From Terriglobia bacterium (GTDB lineage: Bacteria; Acidobacteriota; Polarisedimenticolia; Polarisedimenticolales; JAIQFR01): a DNA stretch of 64,000 nucleotides. The DNA lies in the NCBI GenBank assembly GCA_963748015.1, contig CAVVHE010000009.1, positions 192,001 to 256,000 on the forward strand. Direction: 5' to 3'. The translations under genes were made by a program, and so were the position numbers. Shown here piece by piece: positions 52,103 through 62,110 of this stretch. Numbering within the stretch: the first letter of the stretch is position 1; each line of letters starts with the position of its first letter. The notes beneath the pieces were generated by a model. The model made no database searches, had not been told where the DNA came from, and saw only the letters and a program-made list of their open reading frames with translations.

Positions 52103-54277
52103 GTGATGCCATGCCGCGTCGCGATGTTCCTGCCGTGCATCGCAGTGGGCGCACTGCTGGTCACCCTCTCGCACGCGGCGGGGCAGACGCAGGGCACCGT
52201 CACCATCCGAGTGCGAAGCGGCGCCTCGCCCGTTCCGCAGGCCGAGGTCCTCGTCGCGGCTCTCTCCTCCAAGACCGATGCCCGGGGAGAGGCCAGGCTG
52301 ACACTGCCCGAGGGCGAGCACGCGATCCTGGTCATGCACCCGGCCTTTCATCCCGAGACGGTCCAGGCGACCGTTCGAGCAGGGGAGGACGCGGTCGTCG
52401 TCGTCCAGCTCCGCCCGGCGGAGCTGCCGACCGAGGTCACGATCGTCTCCGCGACGCGCAGCGGCACGGTGGTCAAGGACCAGCCGATCCGCGTCGAGAC
52501 CGTCCCCGAGGAGGAGATCGAGGAGGACCTGACCATCGCGCCCGGAAATCTCTCGACCCTGCTGCAGGAGTTGGCCGGCGTTCGCGTGCAGGTCACTTCG
52601 GCTTCGCTCGGAGCGGCGAGCCTGCGTCTTCAGGGGCTTCCCGGCCGCTACACCCAGGTCCTCTACGACGAGCTTCCGTTGTTCGGAGAGCAGCCGGATG
52701 GCTTCAGCCTCCTGCAGGCCCCTCCTCTCGATCTCGCTCACGTAGAGGTCATCAAGGGGACGGCGTCGGCGCTCTACGGAGGCTCGGCGCTCGGCGGCGT
52801 CCTGAACCTGGTTTCCCGCCACCCTCCCGGCGAGCCGGAGGTTCTCGTCGGCGCGACCTCCCTCGGGGGAGCCGACGCCGTCGGCTTCGTTCCGGGCAAG
52901 CTCGGGGCCCGGTGGGGATACACGCTGCTGGGCGGCGTCCACGGGCAGGAGCGGAGGGATGTCGACGACGACGGCTGGGCCGACGTGGCCGGTTACCGCC
53001 GTGTCGTGGCGCGGCCGCGTTTCTTCTGGAACGACAACGCCGGCCGATCCCTGTTCCTGACCGCGGGGATCGCGTCGGAAGAACGAGAAGGCGGAACGAT
53101 CGAGGGCGGCGTGAGTCCCGCCGGAGCTCCTTTCCGGCAGAAGTTGACCACGCGGAGGGCGGACGCGGGTCTCGTCGGGCGCTTCCTGGTCGGGAGCGAC
53201 CGGCTCATCCTCGTCCGCGGATCGTTCACCGGCACGGAGCACGACCTCGTCTTCGGTGATGTCGAGGAGCGCGATCGCAGGCAGTTCGCCTTCTCCGAGG
53301 TCAGCGTAAGCGGATCGGACCGCGGCAACTCCTGGGTTGCCGGGACGGCGCTCGGTCTCGACGCGTACCGGGCCCGGAATGTTCCCGGCTTCGACTACAC
53401 TTACACGGTTCCGGCCGTCTTTGTCCAGGACGAGTATTCACCGGCCCAGTGGCTCGCCATCTCGGGGAGCGGCAGAGCCGATTTTCACAATGAATTCGGC
53501 ACACTCTTGAGCGCGCGGATCTCGGCGCTCGTCCGCCCGGGGCAGGGATGGAGCGTCCGCCTGTCGGCCGGGAGCGGCCACGCGGCTCCCGTGCCGTTCA
53601 CGGAAGAGACGGAAGAGGTCGGACTGTCCAACGTGCTTCCCCTCCGGGACGTGCGGCCCGAGCGGGCGGTGAGCACCTCACTGGACGCGGGGTGGTCCGG
53701 TGGGTCGTTCGAAGCGAACGGGACCCTGTTTGCCTCCAGGGTGGAAAGCCCTCTCGTTCTGCGGGCCTCCTCGACCGAGCCGGGCCGGCTCGAGATCGTC
53801 AACGCGGCGGGACCCACCCGGACCTACGGAAGCGAGCTCCTCCTTCGCTTCAAGCAAGGTCCCCTTCAAGCGATCGCCACGTACACGTTCCTGGATTCGA
53901 CCCGCGCGGAGCCCACGGGAGCCGATCGAGCCGAGACGCCGCTTACGCCCCGGCACGCGGCCGAGCTGGCCGGGATCTGGGAAAGAGAAGGCAAGGGTCG
54001 TTTCGGCATCGAGGTGTCCTACACCGGCCGGCAACGCCTCGAGGACGATCCTTACCGCGACGAGAGCGTGCCCTACGTCGAGGTGAGTGTCCTGGGCGAG
54101 GTTCGCTTTGGGCACGCGGGCATCTTCGCGAACGCCATGAACGTCACCGACGTGCGGCAGACGCATTACGACCCTCTGGTCCTGCCGACACCGGCTTTCG
54201 ACGGCCGCTGGACGACCGACGTCTGGGCGCCGCTCGCCGGCCGGGTCTTCAACGCAGGAATGCGCTGGGAGTTCTAG
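52103..54277 (+). CDS. TonB-dependent receptor with N-terminal carboxypeptidase-regulatory-like domain
   Basis: EVTIVSATRS TonB box region; plug LRLQGL.GRYTQ and VEVIKGTASALYG..ALGGVLNL; terminal GRVFNAGMRWEF. Confidence 0.92.
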   Translation: MMPCRVAMFLPCIAVGALLVTLSHAAGQTQGTVTIRVRSGASPVPQAEVLVAALSSKTDARGEARLTLPEGEHAILVMHPAFHPETVQATVRAGEDAVVVVQLRPAELPTEVTIVSATRSGTVVKDQPIRVETVPEEEIEEDLTIAPGNLSTLLQELAGVRVQVTSASLGAASLRLQGLPGRYTQVLYDELPLFGEQPDGFSLLQAPPLDLAHVEVIKGTASALYGGSALGGVLNLVSRHPPGEPEVLVGATSLGGADAVGFVPGKLGARWGYTLLGGVHGQERRDVDDDGWADVAGYRRVVARPRFFWNDNAGRSLFLTAGIASEEREGGTIEGGVSPAGAPFRQKLTTRRADAGLVGRFLVGSDRLILVRGSFTGTEHDLVFGDVEERDRRQFAFSEVSVSGSDRGNSWVAGTALGLDAYRARNVPGFDYTYTVPAVFVQDEYSPAQWLAISGSGRADFHNEFGTLLSARISALVRPGQGWSVRLSAGSGHAAPVPFTEETEEVGLSNVLPLRDVRPERAVSTSLDAGWSGGSFEANGTLFASRVESPLVLRASSTEPGRLEIVNAAGPTRTYGSELLLRFKQGPLQAIATYTFLDSTRAEPTGADRAETPLTPRHAAELAGIWEREGKGRFGIEVSYTGRQRLEDDPYRDESVPYVEVSVLGEVRFGHAGIFANAMNVTDVRQTHYDPLVLPTPAFDGRWTTDVWAPLAGRVFNAGMRWEF

Positions 54278-54352
54278 CGATGCGTGGAGTGGGGCGCAGC
54301 CACGCGCACGCGGGCCGCTGGGACTCGTGACGGTGACGACCGGGCCTGGGCG

Positions 54353-54637
54353 CTACTTCTTGCCCACCGCGAGCGCGACGAGCGTCGCGATGGCGAACAC
54401 CAGCGCCAGGTTCACCGTGACGATGAACTGCACCCACAGGGGGCCGGCCTTCCCGTCGCTCTCCGTCGTCATCTTCCTGTAGCGGTGGACGTACCACGGC
54501 ATCGTCGCCCGGTACCAGAACCAGCTCACCTTGACGCCGTGGCTCGAGAGCCACCCCCCGATGCGGTACGCCGCGATCATGGCCCAGAGCCCCGAGGCGA
54601 TGGCCAGCAGAGCGGGAAAGACCACGAAGCCGCGCAT
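54353..54637 (-). CDS. Small two-TM membrane protein
   Basis: AAAGGGGG RBS; two hydrophobic helices; third gene of the XRE operon. Confidence 0.65.
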   Translation of the reverse strand: MRGFVVFPALLAIASGLWAMIAAYRIGGWLSSHGVKVSWFWYRATMPWYVHRYRKMTTESDGKAGPLWVQFIVTVNLALVFAIATLVALAVGKK

Positions 54638-54649
54638 GACGGCCCCCTT

Positions 54650-55264
54650 TCAGACGACCTCGAGCTCCTCGAGCTCTTCCCCCTGGAAGAACGCGAGCCC
54701 GAGCAGCACGCTCCACGTCGCGAGCAGCACGATCCCGATGAGCGCCGGGACCACGAGGAGGAAGCAGATCGAGCCGGCGAAGTAGACGTAAGCCAGCGGC
54801 TTCTTGTAGCCGTTCAGATTGCCGTTCACCCGGAGAAGCCGCAGGGCGAACACGATGCCGATGACGCCGTTCAGCACGCCGAGTATCACCATCGAGGCGA
54901 CCCCAGCGAGCGCGCTCCCCAATTCCCGGATCGCGAGGAACCGCTGCGCGTGCGAAACGCCCGACACCAGCAGCCCCGCGCCGATCACGATCCAGATCAG
55001 GTGGTCCACCGCGTGGAAGCCGTAACGCTCGCGGAGCAGGTCGCGGAAGCGGATCAGGGCGTAGATGCCGAGGATCGTCCCGACCGCGTCCACCGCGAGG
55101 ACGAGGACCGCTTGGCCCGTGCTCCACGGCGGGGGAGGAAAGCCCCCCCGGCGGCCCGTGACGCTCGACAGGTCGAAGACGAGCGACAATCCGAGCATCG
55201 CGAGCGTTCCGGCGGCGCTCAGGATCGCCGCCCACCCTGCGGTTGTGTACGGGTTCCTGCTCAT
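54650..55264 (-). CDS. Multi-TM membrane protein (possibly DUF2975-like)
   Basis: About five to six TM segments; ends FFQGEELEELEVV; lies directly after the XRE gene. Confidence 0.7.
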   Translation of the reverse strand: MSRNPYTTAGWAAILSAAGTLAMLGLSLVFDLSSVTGRRGGFPPPPWSTGQAVLVLAVDAVGTILGIYALIRFRDLLRERYGFHAVDHLIWIVIGAGLLVSGVSHAQRFLAIRELGSALAGVASMVILGVLNGVIGIVFALRLLRVNGNLNGYKKPLAYVYFAGSICFLLVVPALIGIVLLATWSVLLGLAFFQGEELEELEVV

Positions 55265-55268
55265 GGGA

Positions 55269-55532
55269 TCAGCCCTCCTCGTTGCCGCTCGCCGTCCCGG
55301 CGGGACAGGGCCTCGGTTCGCCCCCTGGCGCCGGGACGAACTCGAGGAGATCGCCCGGCTGACAGTCGAGCTCGCGGCAGAGCGCTTCCAGGGTCGAGAA
55401 GCGGATCGCCTTGACCTTTCCCGTCTTCAACAGCGAGAGGTTCGTCATCGCGATCCCCACGCGATCGGACAGCTCGGTCAAGCGCATCTTCCGGCGCGCG
55501 AGCATGAGGTCGAGCCGCACTTCGATGGCCAC
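55269..55532 (-). CDS. XRE/Cro-type HTH regulator (YozG-like)
   Basis: IEVRLDLMLARRKM.LTELS..VGI...NLSLLKTGKVKAIRFSTLEALC..LDCQPGDLL. Confidence 0.92.
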   Translation of the reverse strand: MAIEVRLDLMLARRKMRLTELSDRVGIAMTNLSLLKTGKVKAIRFSTLEALCRELDCQPGDLLEFVPAPGGEPRPCPAGTASGNEEG

Positions 55533-55539
55533 AAAGGAA

Positions 55540-55590
55540 ATGATACGCGGTGATTTACGATAGTCAATGATTTATTTACGATTATCGTAA
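55540..55590 (-). promoter_or_regulatory. Sigma70-type promoter with palindromic operator
   Basis: Minus strand TTGACT(55567-55562)-N16-TATCAT(55545-55540)-N7-GTG; perfect palindrome TTACGAT-T-ATCGTAA at 55576-55590; ATTTACGAT repeated at 55553 and 55574. Confidence 0.8.
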
Positions 55591-55660
55591 CATTAGCAAA
55601 TACTCACCCCGCCGGAGACGCCGGCAGCGGTCCGCACGCTCCCCCGATGCGAAACCACGC

Positions 55661-57766
55661 TCAGCGCGCCTGGCCGTAAAGACCCGCGAGACGTCTCAGC
55701 TCGGCGCCGATCGGCGAGGACTCCGGCGCTGAGGCCGCGCCGCGCTCGGCGGCCGCGGCCGCGTCGGCCTGCCGGCCGGCGGCGGCATAGGCCACCGCGA
55801 GGACCACGAGGACCCTCGGCTCGCGCTTTCCGGTGAGCGCGTCGGCCCGCTCGGCGAGCGCGACCGCCTCGGACGGGTTGCGATCCGATCCGAGCTCCTC
55901 GGACAGCAGAGCGCGGGCCAGCCCGACCAGGGCGTCGACACCGTCCGGCGCGAGCCGGAGCGCGGCGCGGAAGCACGCGGCCGCCTCCTTCGTACGGCCG
56001 CGGGCGGCGAGGAGCTGTCCTTCCAGGCGGTGCGCGTCTGCGGACGCGGGATCGGCGGCGATCGCGGCGCGCGCTTGCTCGAGGGCCTCGTCCGGGGCGC
56101 CCGTCCGGCGGAGCGCTTCGGCGAGGCTCACGCGCGCCGGGGCCCAGCTCGGGAACTTCTCGAGCACGAGCCGGTACCACCTCGCCGCCTCCTCGGGCCG
56201 GCCCGCCGCGAGCAGCACGTTGGCGAGGTTGTTCATGGTCCGCGCATCGTCCGGCTTCAGCTCGAGCGCTCTGCGGTACGCGCGCTCGGCCTCCGCGAAG
56301 TCTCCCTTCTGCCCCAGCGCGTTGCCGAGGTTGTAGAAGCTGAACGACCGCGGGCCCGGAATCCCTCCCTCGATCTCGCTCGCCAGGCGGTAGTGCAGGA
56401 TCGCCTCGTCCACCTTCCCCTGGGCGCGGAGCAGCGTGCCGAGGTTGTTGTGGGCCATCCACGATCCGGGGTTCTTCTCGAGCGTGTCCCGCCAGAGCGC
56501 TTCGGGTCCCTGGTAAGCGTGGGCCCGGCTCCAGGTCAGCGCCGCGAGCCCGGCGAGGAGGCAGGCCGCGGCCACCGCCCCGGTGACGGTCCCCGCGCGC
56601 CCGAGGCGCCGGGCCGCGAGCGCGCCGAGGGCCGAGAGGAGCGCGATGGGGCCGACGCAGGCCACGTACTGGTAGTGGTCGGCCACGTAGCTGTACGCGA
56701 AGGTCCAGAGCAGGATGATCCCCGACGTGGGGAGCAGCGTCGCGACGAAGAACAGGGTTGCCGCGATCGGCCCGCGCCCGATTCTCCCGCGGAAAAGCCA
56801 CAGCGCCCCCGTGGCCCCCGCGCAGAGCAGGACCCACAGCCATGCGATCGCGTCGGCCGCGGATATCCGCCACATCGGGTAGCTGAAGGCGAGATTCGCC
56901 GGCCAGAGCAGCTTGCCGAGGTAGAACCAGATCGCACGCGACGCGACCAGCAGACGGTCCACGACGCCGAGCGGGAGGAGGTCCGGCCGCGTGTTCTGCA
57001 CGTGCCGCTCGAACCACATCGTGAGGAGGCCCATCGCCAGCGCGAGGGCGACGAAGGGGACGAGCTGCGCCCAGCGCCGGCGGTCCAGACGCTCGCGGCG
57101 CAGCCAAAGGATCAGCACCTGCGCCGCCGGGAACGTGCACGCGGTCGCCTTGCTGAGCAGGGCGAGGACGAATAGAACGGCCGAGGCGGCGTAGGCGCCG
57201 CGCGCCGGGCGCCCGTCGCGCGATCGCTCCACGAACGAGATCCAGGCCAGGGAGGCCAGCCCGAGGAAGAACGCCATGAGGACGTTCTTCCGCTCGGCGA
57301 TCCACGCGACCGATTCGACCTGCACCGGATGGAGCGCGAAGACCGCGGCGGCGAGCCAGGCGCCGGGGATCCGCAAGCGCAGCAGGACGAGCCAGAGCAG
57401 CAGGGCGTTCAGGATGTGCAGGACGAGATTCGTCGCGTGGTAGCCGGCGGTGTCGAGCCCCCAGAGCGCGCGCTCGATCCGGAACGACGTGTAGACCAGC
57501 GGGACGTACTGCGACGGCTGGTCGGTCGAGAGCCAGATGCGCTGCAGCCCGTCGGGCGCCGTGAGGAGCGGGTTGTCGGAGACGTACTTGTCGTCGTCCC
57601 ACAGGAACTCCCCGCGGAGCGCGGGCGAGTAGGCGAAGGCGACGAGGATCGCGATCAGAGCGGAGCCGGCGGCGAGCCGGGACCGGGCAGGAAGCCACGA
57701 CGACGGCCCGCGCGCGCCCGCGGCCGTCTCGAGGGTCGCCCGTTTCCGGCCCCCGCGGTCCCCCAT
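55661..57766 (-). CDS. TMTC-like GT-C membrane glycosyltransferase with C-terminal TPRs, copy 1
   Basis: FLWDDDKYV, GYHATNLVLH, HPVQVESVAWIAERK, LALLSK, ADHYQY; TPR repeats (AHNNLG, YNLGNAL). Confidence 0.82.
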   Translation of the reverse strand: MGDRGGRKRATLETAAGARGPSSWLPARSRLAAGSALIAILVAFAYSPALRGEFLWDDDKYVSDNPLLTAPDGLQRIWLSTDQPSQYVPLVYTSFRIERALWGLDTAGYHATNLVLHILNALLLWLVLLRLRIPGAWLAAAVFALHPVQVESVAWIAERKNVLMAFFLGLASLAWISFVERSRDGRPARGAYAASAVLFVLALLSKATACTFPAAQVLILWLRRERLDRRRWAQLVPFVALALAMGLLTMWFERHVQNTRPDLLPLGVVDRLLVASRAIWFYLGKLLWPANLAFSYPMWRISAADAIAWLWVLLCAGATGALWLFRGRIGRGPIAATLFFVATLLPTSGIILLWTFAYSYVADHYQYVACVGPIALLSALGALAARRLGRAGTVTGAVAAACLLAGLAALTWSRAHAYQGPEALWRDTLEKNPGSWMAHNNLGTLLRAQGKVDEAILHYRLASEIEGGIPGPRSFSFYNLGNALGQKGDFAEAERAYRRALELKPDDARTMNNLANVLLAAGRPEEAARWYRLVLEKFPSWAPARVSLAEALRRTGAPDEALEQARAAIAADPASADAHRLEGQLLAARGRTKEAAACFRAALRLAPDGVDALVGLARALLSEELGSDRNPSEAVALAERADALTGKREPRVLVVLAVAYAAAGRQADAAAAAERGAASAPESSPIGAELRRLAGLYGQAR

Positions 57767-57869
57767 CGAACCCCTTCCCAGGTCGCCGTTCTTATACGCC
57801 GCTCCCTGCCGGAAAGCGAGTCGTCGCGGTCGTCGCCTGCGGCCGCCCCGCGCCGTCCGGGGTGCGGCG

Positions 57870-57898
57870 TTGAACGGCGGGGTCGCGGCGGGTACGAT
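57870..57898 (+). promoter_or_regulatory. Sigma70-type promoter, leaderless-type
   Basis: TTGAAC-N17-TACGAT-N7-ATG(57906); no Shine-Dalgarno. Confidence 0.6.
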
Positions 57899-57905
57899 CT
57901 CCGGC

Positions 57906-58733
57906 ATGAACCCCGCGACCCAGCCCGCGATCACGCTCAACAACGGCGTCGCCATCCCGGCCGTCGGGCTCGGGGTCTTCCGCGTAGCCGAGGGGGACGC
58001 GACGCGACGGGCCGTGCTGGCCGCGCTCGAGGCCGGCTACCGCCACATCGACACGGCGCGCGCCTACGGAAACGAGCGCGACGTCGGCCAGGCGATCCGC
58101 GAGAGCGGCGTGCCGCGCGAGCTGCTGTTCGTCACGACCAAGCTCTACGGCTCCGATCACGGCTACGAGATGGCGAAGCGCGCCTGCCGCAAGAGCCTGA
58201 AGCTGCTCGGCCTCTCGTACCTCGACCTGTACCTGATCCACTGGCCCGTGCCGGAGCTGCGAGGGGAGTCGTGGATCGGCCTCCAGGATCTCCTGGACGA
58301 AGGGCTGTGCCGGGCGATCGGCGTGAGCAACTACACCAACCGGCACATGGACGAGCTGCTCGAGTACGCCGACGTGGTGCCGGCCGTGAACCAGGTCGAG
58401 CTCCATCCCTTCCTGTACCAGAAGGACCTGCTCGAGCACAACCGCCGGCACGGGATCGTCGTCGAGGCCTACAGCCCCCTGACGCACGGCCGGCGGATCG
58501 ACGATCCCCGCATCGGCGCCCTCGCGGCGAAGTACGGACGCACGAACGCGCAGGTGATGATTCGGTGGTGCCTGCAGCGCGGGACCGTCGTGCTGCCGAA
58601 ATCCACGCGGCCCGAGCGGATCCGCGAGAATTTCAGCGTCTTCGATTTCGAATTAACGCCCGGGGACATGGAGGCCCTCGACGCCCTGCACGAGAACCTC
58701 CACACGTGCTGGGACCCGACGAACGCGCCGTGA
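57906..58733 (+). CDS. Aldo/keto reductase (DkgA-like)
   Basis: GYRHIDTARAYGNE, FVTTKL, DLYLIHWP, IGVSNY, NQVELHP, LPKS. Confidence 0.93.
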   Translation: MNPATQPAITLNNGVAIPAVGLGVFRVAEGDATRRAVLAALEAGYRHIDTARAYGNERDVGQAIRESGVPRELLFVTTKLYGSDHGYEMAKRACRKSLKLLGLSYLDLYLIHWPVPELRGESWIGLQDLLDEGLCRAIGVSNYTNRHMDELLEYADVVPAVNQVELHPFLYQKDLLEHNRRHGIVVEAYSPLTHGRRIDDPRIGALAAKYGRTNAQVMIRWCLQRGTVVLPKSTRPERIRENFSVFDFELTPGDMEALDALHENLHTCWDPTNAP

Positions 58734-58775
58734 ACGCGACGCTCGAGCCGCCGCCCCGGCCCGGAAGGCCCTGAC

Positions 58776-60683
58776 GTGCGCGCCGCCGCGATCGTCGCCT
58801 GTTTCGCGCTGCTCCTCTACCTTCCCGCCCTCTCGTTCCCGCTCGTCTGGGACGATCCGATGCTGCTGGAGCACGTCCACGCCCGGCTCGAGGCCGGCGG
58901 CATCGGAGCGCTGCTCTCCTCGGAGTTCCTGCTCGGGAGCGGCTCGCCCCACACCGGGTACTTCCGCCCGGTCGTCCTGCTGAGTCTGGCCGCCGACGGC
59001 CGGCTCGGGGATGGAAAGGCGTGGGCCTTCCACCTGACGAATCTCCTGCTCCACGCCGCCGCGAGCGGCCTCGTCGTGCTCCTCCTGCGACGCGTCCTCC
59101 AGGACGGACCGTCCGCGATGCTCGGCGGCCTGCTCTTCGCCGCGCATCCCGTCCACGTCGAGTCGGTGGCGTTCGTGTCGGGGCGCACCGATCTCTGGGC
59201 CGGGGTCTTCGTGCTCCTTGGGACCCTGCTCTGGCTGCGGGAGCGCGCTCTTGATGGGGATGCGGGGAGTGGGATCGCACCGGCGGGCGTGGGGCTGCTC
59301 CTCGCGCTGGGGGCGCTCTCGAAGGAGCCGGCCGTCATGGCGGTTCCGGCCTGGCTGGCCTGGGACGGGGTGGCGAGCGCCGGTTCGTCCGGCCGCCCCG
59401 CGTCGTGGGCACGGCGAAACGCACGGTGGCTCACCGCCTCGCTCGCGGCCGTCGCGGTCGTCGCGGCGCTGCGATGGGCGGCCCTGGGACGGTTGCTCGG
59501 CGGCGAGGCCCTGCCGCCGCCGGTGCCTGGAGTGCAGGAGCCGTCGGCCGCCGCGCTGCTGCTGCCGAGGCTGATCACTTACGTGAAGCTCCTGGCCGTT
59601 CCGTGGCCGCTGAGCGCGTTCTACACGCCGTCGGATCTCGCGCTCGGCCCCGGGCTCCTCCTGGGCGCGATCCTCGCGCTGGTCCTGTTCGCCGGAGCAT
59701 GGATCGCGGGCGGCCGGCGAACCGGGGCCGTCGCGTCATCGTGGACGCTTCTCTTTCTCGTGCCGGTTCTAGGCATCGCGACCCTGAGCGGGGGAGTGGT
59801 GGCGGAGCGATTTCTCTACCTCCCCTCGCTCGGCGCCTGTCTCGCCGCGGCGGCGCTCTGGGGCCGACTCCACCGCAGGAGCAAGCCGGTCGCCATGGCC
59901 GTGGCGGTCGCCATGATCGCGTTGCTCGCCGGCGCCACCGTGCTCCGCTCGCAGGTTTGGAGGAGCGAGGTCTCTCTCTACGCGGACATGACCCGCACGT
60001 CCCCGCGCGCGTTCGTCGCGCACTTCAACCTCGGCAACGAGCTGGCCAAGCTCGGACGTCTCGAGGAGGCCGAGGCATCGCTCGAGCGGGCCGTGGCGAT
60101 CGCGCCCGGACGCGCCGACGCGTGGAACAACCTCGGCAGCGTGCGCCTTCGTCTCGGCAAGGACGCGGAAGCCGGAAAGGCCTACGAGGAAGCCGTCCGC
60201 CTGAAGCCGGATTTCGTCGTCGCGCTCCGGAACCTGGCCCAGACCCTGGCCAAGGCGGATCGCTGGACCGACTTCCTGGCCGCGATGGAGAAGATCGAGA
60301 ATCCGGTTCCCGGCGACGCTCCGCTCCTTATCCGCGCGGGAATGGTCCTCGCGGACGGCGGACGCTTGCCCGAGGCCGAGCGGGCCTTCCGGCTCGCGAT
60401 CCGCGCCGCACCCGACCAGGGCAAGGCGTACGGCTATCTCGGCTTCGTGTACGTGTCGCAGAACAGGACGTCGGAGGCCCTCCCGCTCCTCGAGCGCGCC
60501 GCGGCGATCGATCCCGGCGACGCCCCCGCTCGCTTCAACCTCGGCGCCGCGCGGCTCGCAGCCGGAGACCGCGCGGGCGCGGCCGCCGAGAGGGACGCGC
60601 TGCGCGCTCTCGATCCCCGCCTCGCCGCCGAGCTCGACTCGCGCATGCGGTCCCAGGTTGGAGAGGGGGCGGGAATACGATGA
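58776..60683 (+). CDS. TMTC-like GT-C membrane glycosyltransferase with C-terminal TPRs, copy 2
   Basis: LVWDD, YFRP, FHLTNLLLH, HPVHVESVAFVSGR, LSKE, AERFLYLPS; TPR repeats. Confidence 0.82.
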   Translation: MRAAAIVACFALLLYLPALSFPLVWDDPMLLEHVHARLEAGGIGALLSSEFLLGSGSPHTGYFRPVVLLSLAADGRLGDGKAWAFHLTNLLLHAAASGLVVLLLRRVLQDGPSAMLGGLLFAAHPVHVESVAFVSGRTDLWAGVFVLLGTLLWLRERALDGDAGSGIAPAGVGLLLALGALSKEPAVMAVPAWLAWDGVASAGSSGRPASWARRNARWLTASLAAVAVVAALRWAALGRLLGGEALPPPVPGVQEPSAAALLLPRLITYVKLLAVPWPLSAFYTPSDLALGPGLLLGAILALVLFAGAWIAGGRRTGAVASSWTLLFLVPVLGIATLSGGVVAERFLYLPSLGACLAAAALWGRLHRRSKPVAMAVAVAMIALLAGATVLRSQVWRSEVSLYADMTRTSPRAFVAHFNLGNELAKLGRLEEAEASLERAVAIAPGRADAWNNLGSVRLRLGKDAEAGKAYEEAVRLKPDFVVALRNLAQTLAKADRWTDFLAAMEKIENPVPGDAPLLIRAGMVLADGGRLPEAERAFRLAIRAAPDQGKAYGYLGFVYVSQNRTSEALPLLERAAAIDPGDAPARFNLGAARLAAGDRAGAAAERDALRALDPRLAAELDSRMRSQVGEGAGIR

Positions 60684-62110
60684 GATTCGCGGCGCTCAGG
60701 GAACGCCTCGTCGAGCTCGTGTTGCGGGTCCCGGTGTCGCTGAAGGTGATGGGCATCGCGCTGGGACTGACGCTGCTCCTCGGCGGCACGCTCCTCTGGC
60801 AGATCCACAACAGCTGGCACGGGCTCCTGCTCGGCGAGCTCGAGGAGAGGGGAAAGCTGCTCGGCGCGAACCTCGCGGCGCACATCGCCGAAGACGTCGT
60901 CGCGAGGAATACCGACCAGCTCGGGTCGCTCCTCGAGGACACGAGGGCCCGCCTCCCCGAGGTGGACTACCTGCTCGTGCTGGACCACCGGGGCGAGGTG
61001 CTGGCCGGTACGCGTGCGGGCGGGGCCCCGGCGCAGCTACTGGCCGCCAACCGCCTCGGGCTGCGCGGGGAGCCCCGCGTGGCGCTCCTCGACACCGAGC
61101 GCGGTCCGATCCGGGACGTCGCGGTGCCGATCCTGGACGGTCAGGCGGGAGTGGTCCGGGTGGGGATGAGCGAGCGGTTCATCTCGAGCGAAGTGGGATG
61201 GCTCACGCAACGGCTGGCCGTCGGCACCGCGGTGGTCGCGGCGCTCGGCGTGCTCGCGGCGCTCTTTCTCACCGCGGTCCTCACACAGCCGATCCGGGAG
61301 ATGGCCGGGCTCGCCAACGCCGTCCAGAAACAGGACTTCGGCAAGCGGGCGGTCGTCAGGGCGGGCGACGAGCTCGGACGGCTCGCGATCGCCTTCAACG
61401 AGATGGCGGAGGCGCTCGGTCGAAAAGAGAAGGCCCGGCAGGAGCTGCTGCGTCAGCTCATCGCCGCCGCGGAGGACGAGCGGAAGCGGGTCGCGCGAGA
61501 GCTGCACGACGGTACGGGCCAGTCCCTGACGTCGCTCGTCGCGGGCCTGAGCGCCCTCGAGGTGGAGGGAGGCGACGACGCACCGAGGCGCGCGCGTCTC
61601 GCGGAGCTGCGGGAGCTCGCCGCCCGGACGCTCGGCGAGGTGCACGACATCTCGAGAGCGCTCCGGCCCGCGATCCTGGACGACCTGGGCCTCATGGCCG
61701 CTGTCGGGAAGCACTGCGAGATGTTCTCCCGCCGATTCGACCTAACGGTGGATTGCCAGGGCGTCGGTTTCGAGCAGGGCCCCCGGCTTTCCCCGGAGAT
61801 CGAGCTGGCGGCCTACCGGATCGTGCAGGAAGCACTAACGAACGCGGTCCGCCACGGCCGGGCCGCTTTCGCGAGCGTCCTGGTGCAGAGGAAGGACGCG
61901 GCGCTGTTGCTCGTGATCGAGGACGAGGGGCACGGCTTTGTCGCGACGGACTGGCGCCAGAGATCCGTCGCGGGAGGTCACCTCGGGCTGCTCGGCATCG
62001 AGGAGCGCGCGGCGCTGCTCGGCGGCTCGCTGCGCGTGGAGTCGTCGCCCGGATCGGGGACCAGCCTGTTCGTGGAGATACCCGTGTCGAGGGAGGCCGA
62101 CGATGTCTAA
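60680..62110 (+). CDS. Sensor histidine kinase (HAMP + HisKA_3, NarX-like)
   Basis: Two TM helices; DELGRLA.AFN.M HAMP; ERKRVARELHD; QEALTNAVRH, DEGHGF, GLLGIEER. Confidence 0.92.
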   Translation: MRFAALRERLVELVLRVPVSLKVMGIALGLTLLLGGTLLWQIHNSWHGLLLGELEERGKLLGANLAAHIAEDVVARNTDQLGSLLEDTRARLPEVDYLLVLDHRGEVLAGTRAGGAPAQLLAANRLGLRGEPRVALLDTERGPIRDVAVPILDGQAGVVRVGMSERFISSEVGWLTQRLAVGTAVVAALGVLAALFLTAVLTQPIREMAGLANAVQKQDFGKRAVVRAGDELGRLAIAFNEMAEALGRKEKARQELLRQLIAAAEDERKRVARELHDGTGQSLTSLVAGLSALEVEGGDDAPRRARLAELRELAARTLGEVHDISRALRPAILDDLGLMAAVGKHCEMFSRRFDLTVDCQGVGFEQGPRLSPEIELAAYRIVQEALTNAVRHGRAAFASVLVQRKDAALLLVIEDEGHGFVATDWRQRSVAGGHLGLLGIEERAALLGGSLRVESSPGSGTSLFVEIPVSREADDV

